Shown: in pieces, positions 25,101 to 37,059 of the stretch
Layout of the letters: every line of letters starts with the position of its first letter
Numbering within the stretch: the first letter of the stretch is position 1
Notes under the pieces: generated by a model
Seen by the model: only the letters and a program-made list of their open reading frames with translations
The model's database searches: none
Told to the model about the DNA's origin: nothing
From: Mobula hypostoma
Taxonomy: Eukaryota
DNA: 64,000 bases
Reading direction: 5' to 3'
Assembly: GCF_963921235.1 (NCBI RefSeq)
Contig: NC_086108.1
Span: forward strand, 100,628,001 to 100,692,000
Position numbers and translations under genes: made by a program

Positions 25101-25793
25101 AATATGATAAAAGCTATTAACAAAATGAATAGATATCAGGTAACTAAGCATAACTGTTTCCAAGGGCACTTGTGAACTGTTGCTAGTTTCACTTATTTCT
25201 CTTGCTAAAGGCTTAAAGTTTGCATGTCAACAAGTCTGTGGAGAACAGTACACCAGGCAGTGGAATATCTGTGTTCAATTAAGATGCACAAAAATTGCAG
25301 CTGCTCCAGATTTCACAAAGAAATAGCAGCAAATGATGAATTTTACTGTCATTACATTTCTAAAAATCTATCCCAAAGACATGTTCAACAGTAGTTTTCC
25401 CATAAACTCTCACCAAATAAACTAACTGTTATATTAATGTTTCATCTGATGTATTAATAAAAGTAATTAGAACCTTAATCATTTCCATTCTCTAGATTAA
25501 TTTATTGCAACTAATTGGATGGCTAAATTCCCCTTGTAACTTGTCTATTTTAACTTAGTTGAATAATTAGAAGTGCTCTACTTCGCTAATAATCAATTAA
25601 TTTACTAAGCTTACCTTTTGCTCTGCAGAAATGCTATTAAAACTTATTAGAATAGATCAGATAGAACATAGTGCAGTGCAGGCCCTTCGAACAATAATGT
25701 TGTGCTGACCTATATAAATTTACTCCACGGTCAATCCAATTGTACCTCCTACACTGCCCATAATGCTCCATGTTCCTTACATTCATGTGTCTA

Positions 25794-27131
25794 GAATATA
25801 AGAACATATGAAATAGGAGCAGGAGTAGGCCATCCAGCCCATTGAGCCTGCCCCGCCATTCAATAAGATCATGGCTGATCTGTCCATAAGCTCAGCTCCA
25901 TCCATTTGCCTTTTCCCCATAACCCTTAATTCCCTTACTATGTAAAACACCTCTCTAACAGTATCTTAGACATATTTACTGAAGAAGCCTCAACTGCTTC
26001 GCTAGACAGAGAATTCCACAGATTCACCACTCTCTGGGAAAAACTGTTTTTCCTCATCTCAGTCCTAAATCTTCTCCCCTGAATCTTGAGGCAATATCCC
26101 TTATTGCCTCACCTACCAATGGAAACAACTTTCCTACTTCTATCTTATCTATCCCTTTCAAAATTTTGTATACTTCTATAAGATCCCCTCTCATTCTTCA
26201 GAGTTCCAGAGTTATAGTTCCAGGACTCAATCTCTCCTCATAGGTTAACCCCTTCATCCCTGGAATCAACCTGGTGAACCTCCTCTGCACTGCCTCCAAA
26301 GCCAGCATACCCTTCCTCAAGTATGGAGACCAGAACTGCACACAGTACTCCAGGTGCGGCCTCACCAGTACCCTGTATAGTTGCAGCACGGCCTCCCTGC
26401 TCTTGAATTCAATCCCTCTAGCAATGAAAGCCAACATTCCATTTGCCTTAATAACCTTTTGTACCTGCAAGCCAACTTTTAGCGATTCATGCATAAGCAC
26501 TCCTAAGTCCCTCTGCACAACAGCATGCTGCAATTTTTCACCATTTAAATAATAATCTGCTCTTCTATTATTCCTTCCAAAGTGGATGATCTCGCATTTA
26601 CCAACGTTGTATTCCATCTGCTAGACCTTGGCCCACTCACTTAACCCATCTATACCCCTCTGCAGACTCTCCACATCCTCTGTACAATTTCTCTTTCCAC
26701 TCAGTTTAGCGCCATCAGCAAATTTTGCTATGCTACACTCAGTCTCCTCTTCTAAATCATCAATGTAATGGTAAACAGCTGCGGGCCCAGCAATGACCCC
26801 TGCAGCACCCCACTCACCACCGACTGCCAACTAGAGAAACACCCATTTATACTAACTTTCTGCCTTCTGTTGGTTAACCAATCCACTATCCATGCCAATG
26901 CACTTCCTCTGACTCCATGCATCCATATTTTATTTATAAGTCTCTTGTGCGGCACCTTATCGAATGCTTTCTAGAAATCCAAGTTTACAACATCCACCTG
27001 TTCCCCTCTACCCACTGCACTCATTATGTCCTCAACGACCTTCAGTAAGTTTGTCAAACAGGACCTGCCCTTTCTGAATCCACGCTGCATCTGTCTAATG
27101 GAACTACTCCTTTGTAGAAGTTTCACTATTC
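25794..27131 (-). mobile_element. Younger 5'-truncated CR1 LINE
   Basis: 5-bp TSD gtcta (25789-25793 / 27132-27136). ORFs 26198-26617 (RPHLEYCVQFWSP) and 26752-26955. Tail agaacatatgaaataggagcagg. Confidence 0.92.
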
Positions 27132-28386
27132 GTCTATCTAGGGGTCTTTTAAATATCCCGATTGCATCAGTTTCTACCACCACCCCAAGCAGTACATTGT
27201 AGACAGTCACCACACTCTATGTAAAAAAAACATACCCTGACATCTCCCCTAAACATTCCTCCATTCACTTTAAACAGATATAATTGTATCAGCTATTGCC
27301 ATCCTGGGAAAAAGGTGCTGCTATCTATGCTACCTTTGCCTCAATCTTGTACACCACTACCAAGTTGCCTCTCACCCTCCGTCACTCTAAAATTCAAAAG
27401 CCTAGCCTCAGAAGATGTTTTTTAATCCAGGCAGCAACCTGGTAAACCTCCTCTGCCCCCTCTCTTAAACTTAAACATCCATCCTATAAGGTGACCACAG
27501 TTGAACACAATATTCAGGTATGATCTCACCAGTGTTTTGAACTCAATCCTCCGTATCAACTTGTGTGGCAACTTTGAGGAATCTATGGACGTGGACCCCA
27601 AGAGCCCTCAATTCCTCCTCACTAACTTTGTACTGTTTTCATGTCTAATTTTCCAAAGTGCATCACAACACCTTTCCAGATATAATACCATCTGCCACTT
27701 CTCAGCCCAACTCTGCATCTTATCTATATCCTATTGTAACCTATGACAACATGGGTTATCTGCATATTTACTAATGCACTCTTCCAATTCCTCATCCAAG
27801 TCATTTATAAAAATCACAATGGTCAATGGTCCCAGAAGAGATACATGCAGAGCACCACCAGTCACCAACCTCCAGGCAGAATACACTCCATCTATGACTA
27901 CCCTCTAGCCTTCTGTGGACAAGCCAATTCCAAATTCATGCTGCCAAGTTTCCATACATCCCATGCTTCAACATTTTCTGGATAAGCCTACCATGGGGGA
28001 ACCTTATCAAAGGCCTTACAAAAATCTATATACACCACCTCTACCAATCCACCCTCATCAATCCGCTTTGTCACCTCCTCGAAAGATTATCAGGCTCATG
28101 AGGCATGACCTGCACCTCAGAAAGCCTTGCTGGCTATGAAACGACTGTACTTCTCCAAATGCTCATAAATCCTGTCCCTAAGTATCCTATCCAATAGTTT
28201 GCCCACCACTGACACAAGATTCACTAGCCTATAAAAAGTTCATCTCTACTAGCTTTCTTGAACAAGTATGATGGCCATCCTCGAATACTTTGATATCACT
28301 TCTGTGGCCAGGGATGACGCATAGATAATTATCAATGCAATGCCCCAGCAACCTCTTACCTTGCTTCCCATAGTAACCTGAGGTAT

Positions 28387-28701
28387 GAAATGGCTGCCAC
28401 AAGAGGGCACAGGTTTAAGGTGCTTGGGAGTAGCTACAGAGGAGATGTCAGGGGTAAATTGTTGTTGTTCGTTTTTTTTTAAAAAAAGCAGAGAGTGGTG
28501 AGTGCGTGGAATGGGCTGTCGGTAACGGTGGTGGAGGCGGTTATGATAGGGTCTTATAAAGAGACTTTCGGATAGGTACATGGGGCTTAGAAATATAGAG
28601 GGCTACGGATAACCCATAGTAATTTCTAAGGTAGGGACATGTTCAGCACAACTTTGTGGGCCGAAGAGCCTGTATTGTGCTGTAGGTTTTCTATGTTTCT
28701 A
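28387..28701 (+). mobile_element. Short CR1 3'-end insertion
   Basis: Same family as 9379-9710. (TTTCTATG)-type tail and 4-bp TSD gtat; the host reads cctgaggtat|atcctg after excision. Confidence 0.88.
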
Positions 28702-29374
28702 TGTATATCCTGCTCAGCCACAGGACCTTATCTATCCTAATGCCTTTAAGATGATCTAATACTGCTACTTTCTTAGCCTCAAGATGTTCCAGCACATTAG
28801 TCTGTTCTGCACTGACCTCACACTCAAAATTCTTCTCCAGGGTGAATACTGAAGACAGGCATTCATTAAGACATGTTTCTCCTTTTAGCACTGAGCAGCC
28901 CTATCCTCACTCTAGACATCACCCCTGGTGTAGAATACCTTGGGGCCTAATCTTAATCCTACTAACCAAAGCCTTCTCATGTTGTCTCCTAGCTTTCTCA
29001 CTTCCCTCCTTAAGATCCTTTCTGGCTACCTTGTAATTTTCAAAAGCCTTGTCTGAGTTTTGTTTCCTAAACCTTAGGTATGCTTCCTCCTTCTTCTTCA
29101 TTTAGTCCATGCCAAGCTAGTAATCTGCATAGTCCCATTGACCTGCACCCAGGCCATAGCCCTCCAAAGTTCAAAGTAAATTCATTATAGAAATATACAC
29201 ATACATACACACACATGTATGTGTCACATTATACATCCTTGAGATTCATTTTCTTGTACAAACACTCAAGAAATCCAATAACCATAATAAATTTAATGAA
29301 AGGTAGGGAGGTCAACAGGTGTGCAAAAGTCAAACTTAGCAAATACAAAAAGAAACAATAATGATGAACAAATT

Positions 29375-29825
29375 GAGGTTTCTGCTCTCCCACCTTGTTG
29401 CCATCAAACTCTAGTTCTTACTTAGAGCGAGACCTTTGTCTTTGTTAAAATTCTTTTCCTCTAGTTTTATTTCAATGGCTTCCTTTACCAGGTGGTCCCA
29501 AACACCATTGGCGTGACACTGTAGTTTGTGCTGGCAAAGTCAATCCTATGACCACTGCGAATGCAGTGTTCTGCTACTGCCAGTTTCTCCAGGTAACCCA
29601 AATGGATACTCCTCCTGTGCTCCTTGATGAAGATTTCCACCGTGCGTCCCATCTGGCCAATTTACACTGCTTCGCATCCAAAGGAAATCCTGTAAATGCC
29701 AGCTGACGCAAGTCCCAGGTCATCTTTGACCTGCATAAGCTGTGACTTGAGCTTCCTTACAGGTTTGTGGATGGCATTAATCCAGTATTTCTTCAGGATC
29801 CTGGCGATCCTCCAGAAAACGTTCT
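29375..29825 (-). mobile_element. Penelope-like element, GIY-YIG endonuclease fragment
   Basis: Manual translation: RIARILKKY..QVKDDLGLASAGIYRISFGCEAV*IGQMGRTVEIFIKEHRR..AVAEHC..WDHLVKEAIEIKLEEKNFNKDKG. Confidence 0.88.
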
Positions 29826-30813
29826 TCTGTCAGCCCTTTTAAGAGCCCAATTGATTTCCGTCACCTTGTACCTATTCTGCAGGAACATCTTGCGTAATCA
29901 TCTTATTACTTCAAAGAGAATCTCTAGGTCTGAAATAGTTTTCACACAGTTGTCAGCAAGATTAAGAAGCTGATTATTGACTTCAGGCGGAAAATAGAAG
30001 TTCACTAGAAGTTCTCATCAGGATATCAGATGTGGAGAGGGTGAGCAACTTCAAATTCCACGGTGTTATTATTTCAGAGGACCTGTAACATACAACCCCC
30101 CCACCCTGCACCCCACCCTCCATCCATGTACCTACCTAAATTTCTCTTAAATGCTGAAATCAAACTCGCATCAACCACTTCTGCTGGCAGTTCATTCAAT
30201 GGATTAATGGTTCAATGGTTCCATTTAATGCAAGAGTATATCTACAACCTGAAATTCTAGCTCTCTGCAGACATCTTCAAAACACTCTCCACACTCTTGC
30301 CATCTAAGTGAAGAAGTTAAGAAGTTTTCTTTTTGATTATAGTGGTTCCTTTACCCTACCATCCTTTCGTGGTTTCAGTGGGACAAACCTATCCACAATC
30401 CCATACAATTAGTCACTAAATAACCTTCACATTTCTGCTGTGCAAATGTCATTCATTTTCTCTGTTGTAATCCATGCTTTCATTAATACAGTCTATGGAT
30501 ACTCAAAAATTCAAATTAAGAATTCTCTTAAAACTGATGCTTCCACAACACTTATCCAAAAGCACAACAGATACTCAAAGGGTAATGCTGCCTGAGTACC
30601 AAAACATAATACAAGGGATCACAAGCAGTATACTTCCTCTGCAAAGAACTCACGGAGTGTGGCGCAATCTACAAAAATAATCTGCACCAAAAATCTCCTG
30701 AGTTGAAATATTTAGCATCACCTTCTCAATGTGCAATTTGAGGCGATGAAAACCCAATGGCTTCCAATCTATAGCATTCATGCTCACTTCTTTCAGATTG
30801 TTATTAAACAGTA

Positions 30814-30972
30814 GGAAAGGAAAGGTACTTCGCATCCGGAGTTCCTCCGGTTAGCGGATGACTTCCCTCCACGCCTCTCTGACGTAGTGAGGCAAGTTTC
30901 AGCAGTGGTTTGCCATTGCCTTCTGCCGGGTGAATTTCCAAAGAGATCACCAGCTCGTAACCCAGCCGGGTC
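30814..30972 (-). mobile_element. Short RTE-related SINE-like insertion
   Basis: Perfect 13-bp TSD ttattaaacagta (30801-30813 / 30973-30985). Contains gaaggcaatggcaaaccact (Bov-A/Sauria-SINE-like RTE motif) and a (TTTCC)n tail. Confidence 0.85.
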
Positions 30973-31597
30973 TTATTAAACAGTATCAATAGAAAACTGC
31001 AGTAAATGGCCTGCCCCAGTAAAGGATTTGGAACTGCATTTATTGGTTTGTCAAGAATCAAGAGAGAAATTCTCGTCTAGTTGTGTGCAACAAATCACAA
31101 AAACACATCTCTGTACAAACTGCCGTAGAGAAAGGAGCCCCTTTTCAACCATTTTTTCCCTTGAATTCTCTATTTAAAGCTCACACCAATCTGGCAATGA
31201 ACACTGGATACTATTGTTACAAAAATCTGTCATCTGCTAAATTATGGAAGAGTCATACATCTTGCCTTGGGGTCAAGCAATGAAGTGCAAGGTATTGCAG
31301 AAAAATGGAATATTTTAAAATCAAATTGCAAAGAACTTCAGTGTCACATAATATCATATCAATATAATGTGTGTGTATGTGTATATATATATTTATTATG
31401 TATATAAAAAATAAAATTCTGTGATTTATTGTTGAACCCAAAAGAAGGAGCAATCAAAAATCTACTGGTGAAGTTTGTTAAGAATGTCTACTCTGGAACT
31501 GGAAAATAAAGGAAATAGGCCAGGCAATACTGAAGCTGAAACGGTACTGACTTATTATTGTCTAGACAATCAGCATAAAAATGGTAGGAAACAAGTT

Positions 31598-31750
31598 ACA
31601 CATACAAAATGCTGGAGGAACTCAGCAGGCCAGGCAGCATCAATGGAAAAAAAGTACAGTCGACGTTTCAGGCCAAGACCCTTCAGCAGGACTGGAGGAA
31701 AAAAAATGAAGTAGATTTAAAAGGTGCTGGAGGAAAGAGAAACACAAGGT
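31598..31750 (-). mobile_element. Penelope-derived terminal repeat fragment
   Basis: Reverse complement of the terminal part of 32760-32910. Confidence 0.85.
31657..31694 (-). ncRNA. Minimal type I hammerhead ribozyme motif (A6C variant)
   Basis: Minus strand reads cagtc CTGCTGA agggtcttggcct GAAA cg TC gactg: stem I cagtc/gactg, core boxes, short stem II, palindromic one-pair stem III and GUC cleavage triplet. Confidence 0.72.
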
Positions 31751-32069
31751 CTGTGTAAACATGTGGTCAAAAATATCGACAGTGCTTTTTCCCCCAGTAA
31801 AACCAGATTTTTCTCTTGTGAAAGGAAATATGTTACAATGCTTTAAGATGTCAAAAAAAGGAAAAGCCACTTAGCCACAATGAGAATTAGAAGATACATC
31901 CAAAGAATTTATAATGTTAAAGCTTATCCTTTCAACTTAGAAACACAGATTTAGGGAAAGCATTTCAGAGAGAACCCAGATTACTGAGTTCAGTAGCTAT
32001 CATGAAAGGATAAAATCTTTTAAACAAATTTGGAAATTAAACATGCCTAAGATTTCAAACTATTGATAT

Positions 32070-32910
32070 AGTCTCCCTCCTGGCACTTATCCTTGCACCT
32101 CCCTACTGATCTCCCTCCTGGCATTTGTTCCACTTGCAAAGACAAGTGCTACACCTACCCCTACACTTCCTCCCTCACTACCATTCAGGGCCCCAAACAG
32201 TCCTTCCAGGTGAAGCGACACTTCACATGCGAGTCCGTTGGGGCCATGACTGCATCTGGTGGTCCCAGTGTGGCCTCCTATATATCAGTGAGACCCGACT
32301 TAGATTGGGAGACCACTTCGCTGAGCATCTATGCTCCATCCACCAGAAAAAAAACAGGATCTCCTAGTGGCTACCCTTTTTAATTCCATTTCCCATTCTG
32401 ATTTGTCTATCCATGGCCCCCTCCACAGTCCTGATGAGGCTACACTTAGTTTGGAGGAACAACACCTTATATTCCATCTGGGTAGCCTCCACCTTGAAGG
32501 CATGAACATCGATATCGCGAACTTCCAGTAATGTCCCCACCCCCTTCATCATGCCCCATCCCCTTTTCCATCTCTCAACTTATCTCCTCCCCCTTTCTTT
32601 ATCACCTCTCTATGGTGTTCCTCCCCCCTTTTCTTCCTTCCATGGCCTTCTGTCCTCTTCTATCAGACTTCCTCTTCTTCAACCCTGTATCCCTTTCACC
32701 AATCAACTTCCAGCTCTTTACTTCATCCCTTCCCCCTTCAGGTTTCATCTATCCCCTTGTATTTCTCTCTCTCCTTCCCCCAACCCATAAATCTACTCCT
32801 CAGCTTTTTTTCCCTCCAGTCCTGCCGAAGGGTCTCTGCCGAAACAGCGACTGTACTCCTTTCCATAGATGCTGCCTGACCTGCTGAGTTCCTCCAGCAT
32901 TTTGTGTGTG
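32070..32910 (+). mobile_element. Penelope-like element 3' part: GIY-YIG domain plus terminal repeat with degenerate hammerhead
   Basis: ORFs 32093-32383, 32125-32367 and 32331-32531: KCYTYP..FQVKRHFTCES..CIWWSQCGLLYISETRLRLGDHFAEH..EEQHLIFHLGSLHLEGMN. HHR-like motif at 32817-32853. Confidence 0.92.
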
Positions 32911-32969
32911 TTTATTGATGTAGTTGAGTGAGGCAAGGAAAGACTTAGGAGATAACTACTTATACTGTA

Positions 32970-34039
32970 CAGTGAATTCCACTTTCTATTTATTTACTTA
33001 CTGCGATACAGAGTGGCCCTTCCAACCCTGAGCTTCACTGCCCAGCAACCCCTGATTTAACCAGAGTCTAATCACAGGACAATTTACAATGACCATTTAA
33101 CCTACCAACCGGCAAGTCTCTGGAATATGGGAGGAAACCTAATCACCTGGAGAACATACAAACTCCTTACAGGCAGCGGCTGGAATGGAACCTGGATCAC
33201 CTGTACTATAAAGAATCGTGCTAACCATTATGCTACCGTGCCACTCTTAATTGGGCCAACCGCTTATTTGGAAAAACGCTTAAAGGACAGAAAATAATTG
33301 AAAAAATAGCCAGGATTCCCTCTGTTTATTTGGGAGGCTATGCTGCTTAATTGGGCCAAGAGATAGTTGCCAACTAGCATTAGTCATGTGTACTTGTGTG
33401 GCCATTAGAAACTACATCATGCTTAGAGCGAACAGCTTTTACATAGCATCAGTTGCATGTGTTTGTGTTCAAAAAGTGACAGATTTTTGTCATTGATGGT
33501 TAGCGAGAAATAAGCAGCAAGACAATTCAGAACTGTTTTGCTTACTCTAGTTTCAAGCATTCAGGCTTGGAGATGCCAGAAACATCAGGGAGTGTAACAA
33601 AATAATTGCAATACTTCAGCAAGTTAGGAGCTACAAAGAATTTCAAGGCATCAACAATCATCTTGAAGGCTATAATGAAAATGAAGATTTGGAGGATGCA
33701 GCTGTTGAAAGCATTGTATGAAGGCAGTCCATTAATTGCCAAAGGTACCTGTGATGATTTTACTAATTTACAGTCAAAGGAACATGGCAGCACACACTGG
33801 ACAAATTCCTCCATTGATAGCTATTAGGAACAAATACAATTTTATAGTATCATAGTATTAGTAGTATTCTAATTTGTTCTATATTTCATTTAAAAACTTA
33901 GTTTGTTACTCAATTAAAATTAATTTGCCATTTTTATACCTTTTTAACTACTTCCATTAAACCTCAACTAATTGGGACAGCTGCTTAATTGGGCCAAAAT
34001 GTACTGGTCCCAATGTGTCCAACTAACCAGAATTCACTG
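32970..34039 (+). mobile_element. Tigger/pogo-family non-autonomous DNA transposon
   Basis: TIRs ta|cagtgaattc ... gaattcactg and repeated ttaattggg(c/a)c subterminal motifs. Transposase C-terminal remnant KTIQNCF..FKHSGLEMPE and acidic NENEDLEDAAVESI (33520-33716). Confidence 0.78.
32984..33242 (-). mobile_element. tRNA-derived V-SINE (HE1-like) inserted in the left end of the pogo element
   Basis: Minus strand starts ggcacggtagcataatggttagc (A box), then ggttccattcc (B box) and the V-domain-like ggtttcctcccatattccagagac. AT-rich tail; ccact duplicated at the flanks. Confidence 0.82.
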
Positions 34040-34854
34040 TGCTCTGAAAGATTGGAATAGAATAGACTTACATGGTCATTAACCAGAAAAGCAAACAGGA
34101 GGACTGCAAAGCCAAATAACACCATAGAGAAAAAAAAACATGTGGCATAATAATAGGTACAGTGGATATAAACTGTGAATTAGAAAAAATAATTTTAATG
34201 AGGTGAGTGCTATAAATAGAAAATCACAAAGAGGACGAGGAGAATAAAACATTTAAGAATACAGTAAATTTGGAACGAGAAATTTGACAGTCGCCCAATA
34301 TGCACACAGGCTTAGATGCAACATATTAAGGGAAGATAAACAGCAAACTGAAAAGATGGATAGGGCTGAATAAAGTGTCTTGAGCACTATGCTGAGAATG
34401 GTAGCTTGAAGGAGTGAACAACAAGGGAAGAAAAATATTGGCTAGCATGTGGAACAAAAATATCTGAGCAGACAGGAAAAGGGAATCAAGGGACCTAAAA
34501 ATATTTCTGCTGCGCCTTTCTCATTTTCAGTACAACTCAAAGCCTTTCACAGCCATTGAAGTAATATGTGAAGAACAGTCATCAATTATCAATGGATACA
34601 ATACTGCAACATCTAAAGAGCATCACTAATGAAATTCAGAATTCCATCAGAATAATACTGGTGTCAGCTTGGTTTACGTACATATTAACGTATCACGTGA
34701 CATTCTGACCCAAAATGTTAACAGTGCAGATGTACTTAGTAAATCAGCGCTGAGCATTGAGCATGTCTAACAGTTTAATAAAGGAAATAATGGAATTCAC
34801 ACAAAGCAAAAATCACAGAACACATCAACACCATCTTAAATCAGCAATTCCATT

Positions 34855-35165
34855 ATCTACCCTCCCCTTTTCCTCTATTCCCCACTCTGACTTTTCACTT
34901 CGTCATCAACCTATTGCTTCCGCTGGCTCTCCTCTTCCTTCCCTTTCTCCTATGGTCCACTCCTCTACCAGATTCCTTCTTCTCCAGCCCCTAACCTTTC
35001 CCGCCTACCTGGCTTCACCTATCACCTTCCCCTCCTATCTTTTTATTCTAGTGTCTTCCCCCTTTCTTCTCAGTCTTGAAGGGCATCAGCCTGAAATGTC
35101 AACTATCAATTCATTTCCAGAGATACTGCCCGACCTGCTGAGTTCCTCCAGTATTTTGTGTGTTG
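34855..35165 (+). mobile_element. Penelope-derived non-autonomous repeat
   Basis: Pyrimidine-rich body and terminus gacctgctgagttcctccagtattttgtgtg. HHR remnant at 35071-35105 with a core deletion. Confidence 0.78.
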
Positions 35166-35983
35166 TTTTTCATTATCTTTTAATCGTATTAGTTTTGCTG
35201 TTAAGTTTAAAAATTGTGAGGTTGGTAAACACAATATTGACAATGCTTACCAAAAGCAAGGACCTACATGAATCTAAAATAAAAGCTATCAAAGTTGCCT
35301 GTTCTCATAAAAACTGATCGGTGTTGAAACCTGAGGCCTGTACTATGCTTTGTTGGCAGATGCTCTCCACAAGCCCACATTGTGCTTCTCTGGTACAGTG
35401 CAAAAGGGCAAGGTCAGAATAGAAGTGATAGGCAAAATGGAGGCTCAAGGTCACCCCCATGTTATACAAAGGTCACCCAATTTGTGTTTTTGGTTTCTTC
35501 AATGTGGAGACCCCATTAAGAGCACCAAATGAAACAGTCGTTCTTCAATTTGTAGATGGGTTGCTTCCCTGAAAAACTCAAGCAAAAATTCATGAGCTTT
35601 TAAAATAAAGTAAAATGCACTGAATATTTTAGTAGCATATTCCCATGCATGGAATAATATGCTCTTTGTCAGAGCAAAAAAAGCTCTACAAACCAACATC
35701 TCCCAGTTCAACAGAGTGATGGTAAAAGATTTGCATATTGAACACCTGCAAATCAGTGAATCATTGGAATTGATGTTTACATGGAAAAAAGCTTGTGTCC
35801 ACGAACAGTAGGATGACAATTGGGTAGGGTGCCTATCTCCAGCAGTTGTGTGGGAAATTGCTGTAAGAGGCAGTGTGGGTTTTAGTGCAGATGGAATATT
35901 GAACCAGCAAGTCATAGAAGGAATGGTCTCTTCAGAATAGTAGATGGGGTTTTCAATGTATTCATTCTATTTTCTGTACTTCA

Positions 35984-36894
35984 GGCTATGTCCACACTAG
36001 ACCGGATAATTTTGAAAATGCCGGTTTCGAGTAAAAATGGCAGGAGTCCACACTAGGCATTTTTCAAAATATCTCTGTCCACATTAAAACGGATATTTGG
36101 GCGAATCTACTCCTACTGGGCATGCGCAGACACATCTACAGAAAACAAGTGAAGAGGAAACAGTAGAATATTTACGTTTCCACGGTGGTGTTGTGTTATT
36201 TCCATTGGTCAAAAACTAGAGTACCAATAACAACAGCAAAAGAAAGTTTTCAACAATGTCTTCGAGGAATACAAAGAAAACCTCTGCTGGAAAAAGCAGA
36301 CCGGACTTCTTCGTTTAGACAATGAAGTCGAGCCGTTTCTGCGAGTTACAAATGACTACAAAGTCAGCAAAGCAGTGGAGAACGTGGAGATGTTCAAATC
36401 CCAACAAGCTATTAACATAGATAATAAAGTAAACACACGCATGAAGCCGTCCTCTACCCAAGATCAACAAGAGAGTGGAATCTTCTGCCACAAGACCTGC
36501 ACAGTATTTCTGACATTAATATTTTTAAAGATAGACTCAATCAAATCAATTTAGGGGATCTCGTCAGAAAAGCTCACTTTACAATTTAACTCTCACGCCA
36601 TTCACACTGATTGCTTGTTATAACAGCCATCAGGCAGTGCTTGCGCAGTACCAAGCAGAAGCAGAAAAAGCATTGTTGCTGTGGTGTTGTCATGACAGCG
36701 TTTTTAAATATCTCCGTTTACCCCGTCCACACTACAACGTGCAACAGTCGTTTTTAAATTTACACACTCTAGAGAGTGTTTTAGAAAAGCTCCATTTTCG
36801 GGGGATGAAAATGCCGTTTCAACGTGGATGGAGGGTCAAAACGAAGAGAAAAAGTTTTGTTTTCAAAATTATCTGGCATAGTGTGGATGTAGCC
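35984..36894 (+). mobile_element. PIF/Harbinger non-autonomous transposon (copy A) with Myb/SANT-like ORF N-terminal remnant
   Basis: 3-bp TSD tca. TIRs ggctatgtccacacta / tagtgtggatgtagcc. Remnant MSSRNTKKTSAGKSRPDFFV*..NEVEPFLRVTNDYKVSKAVENV from 36256. Confidence 0.9.
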
Positions 36895-37059
36895 TCAGTC
36901 TTCTTTCCATTCCCCCAATCTCTTTGCCTTTATTTACATCACAATAGCCTCCTCATTCCACAGTCTTCTTTACAATTCCACATTGCCCTCTCTCACTCAG
37001 CAGTCCAAAAGGAACTGTTCCCTCCAACCTATCTCACTCTTCCATCTCCACTAATGCCC

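Larger units (their letters stand above)
25657..29100 (-). mobile_element. Old CR1 LINE (3' half), interrupted by two younger CR1 insertions
   Basis: 3' tail at 25657-25793 resumes at 27132. ORF remnants 28919-29101 and 28691-28891, and degenerate RT at 27640-28380. Confidence 0.85.
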
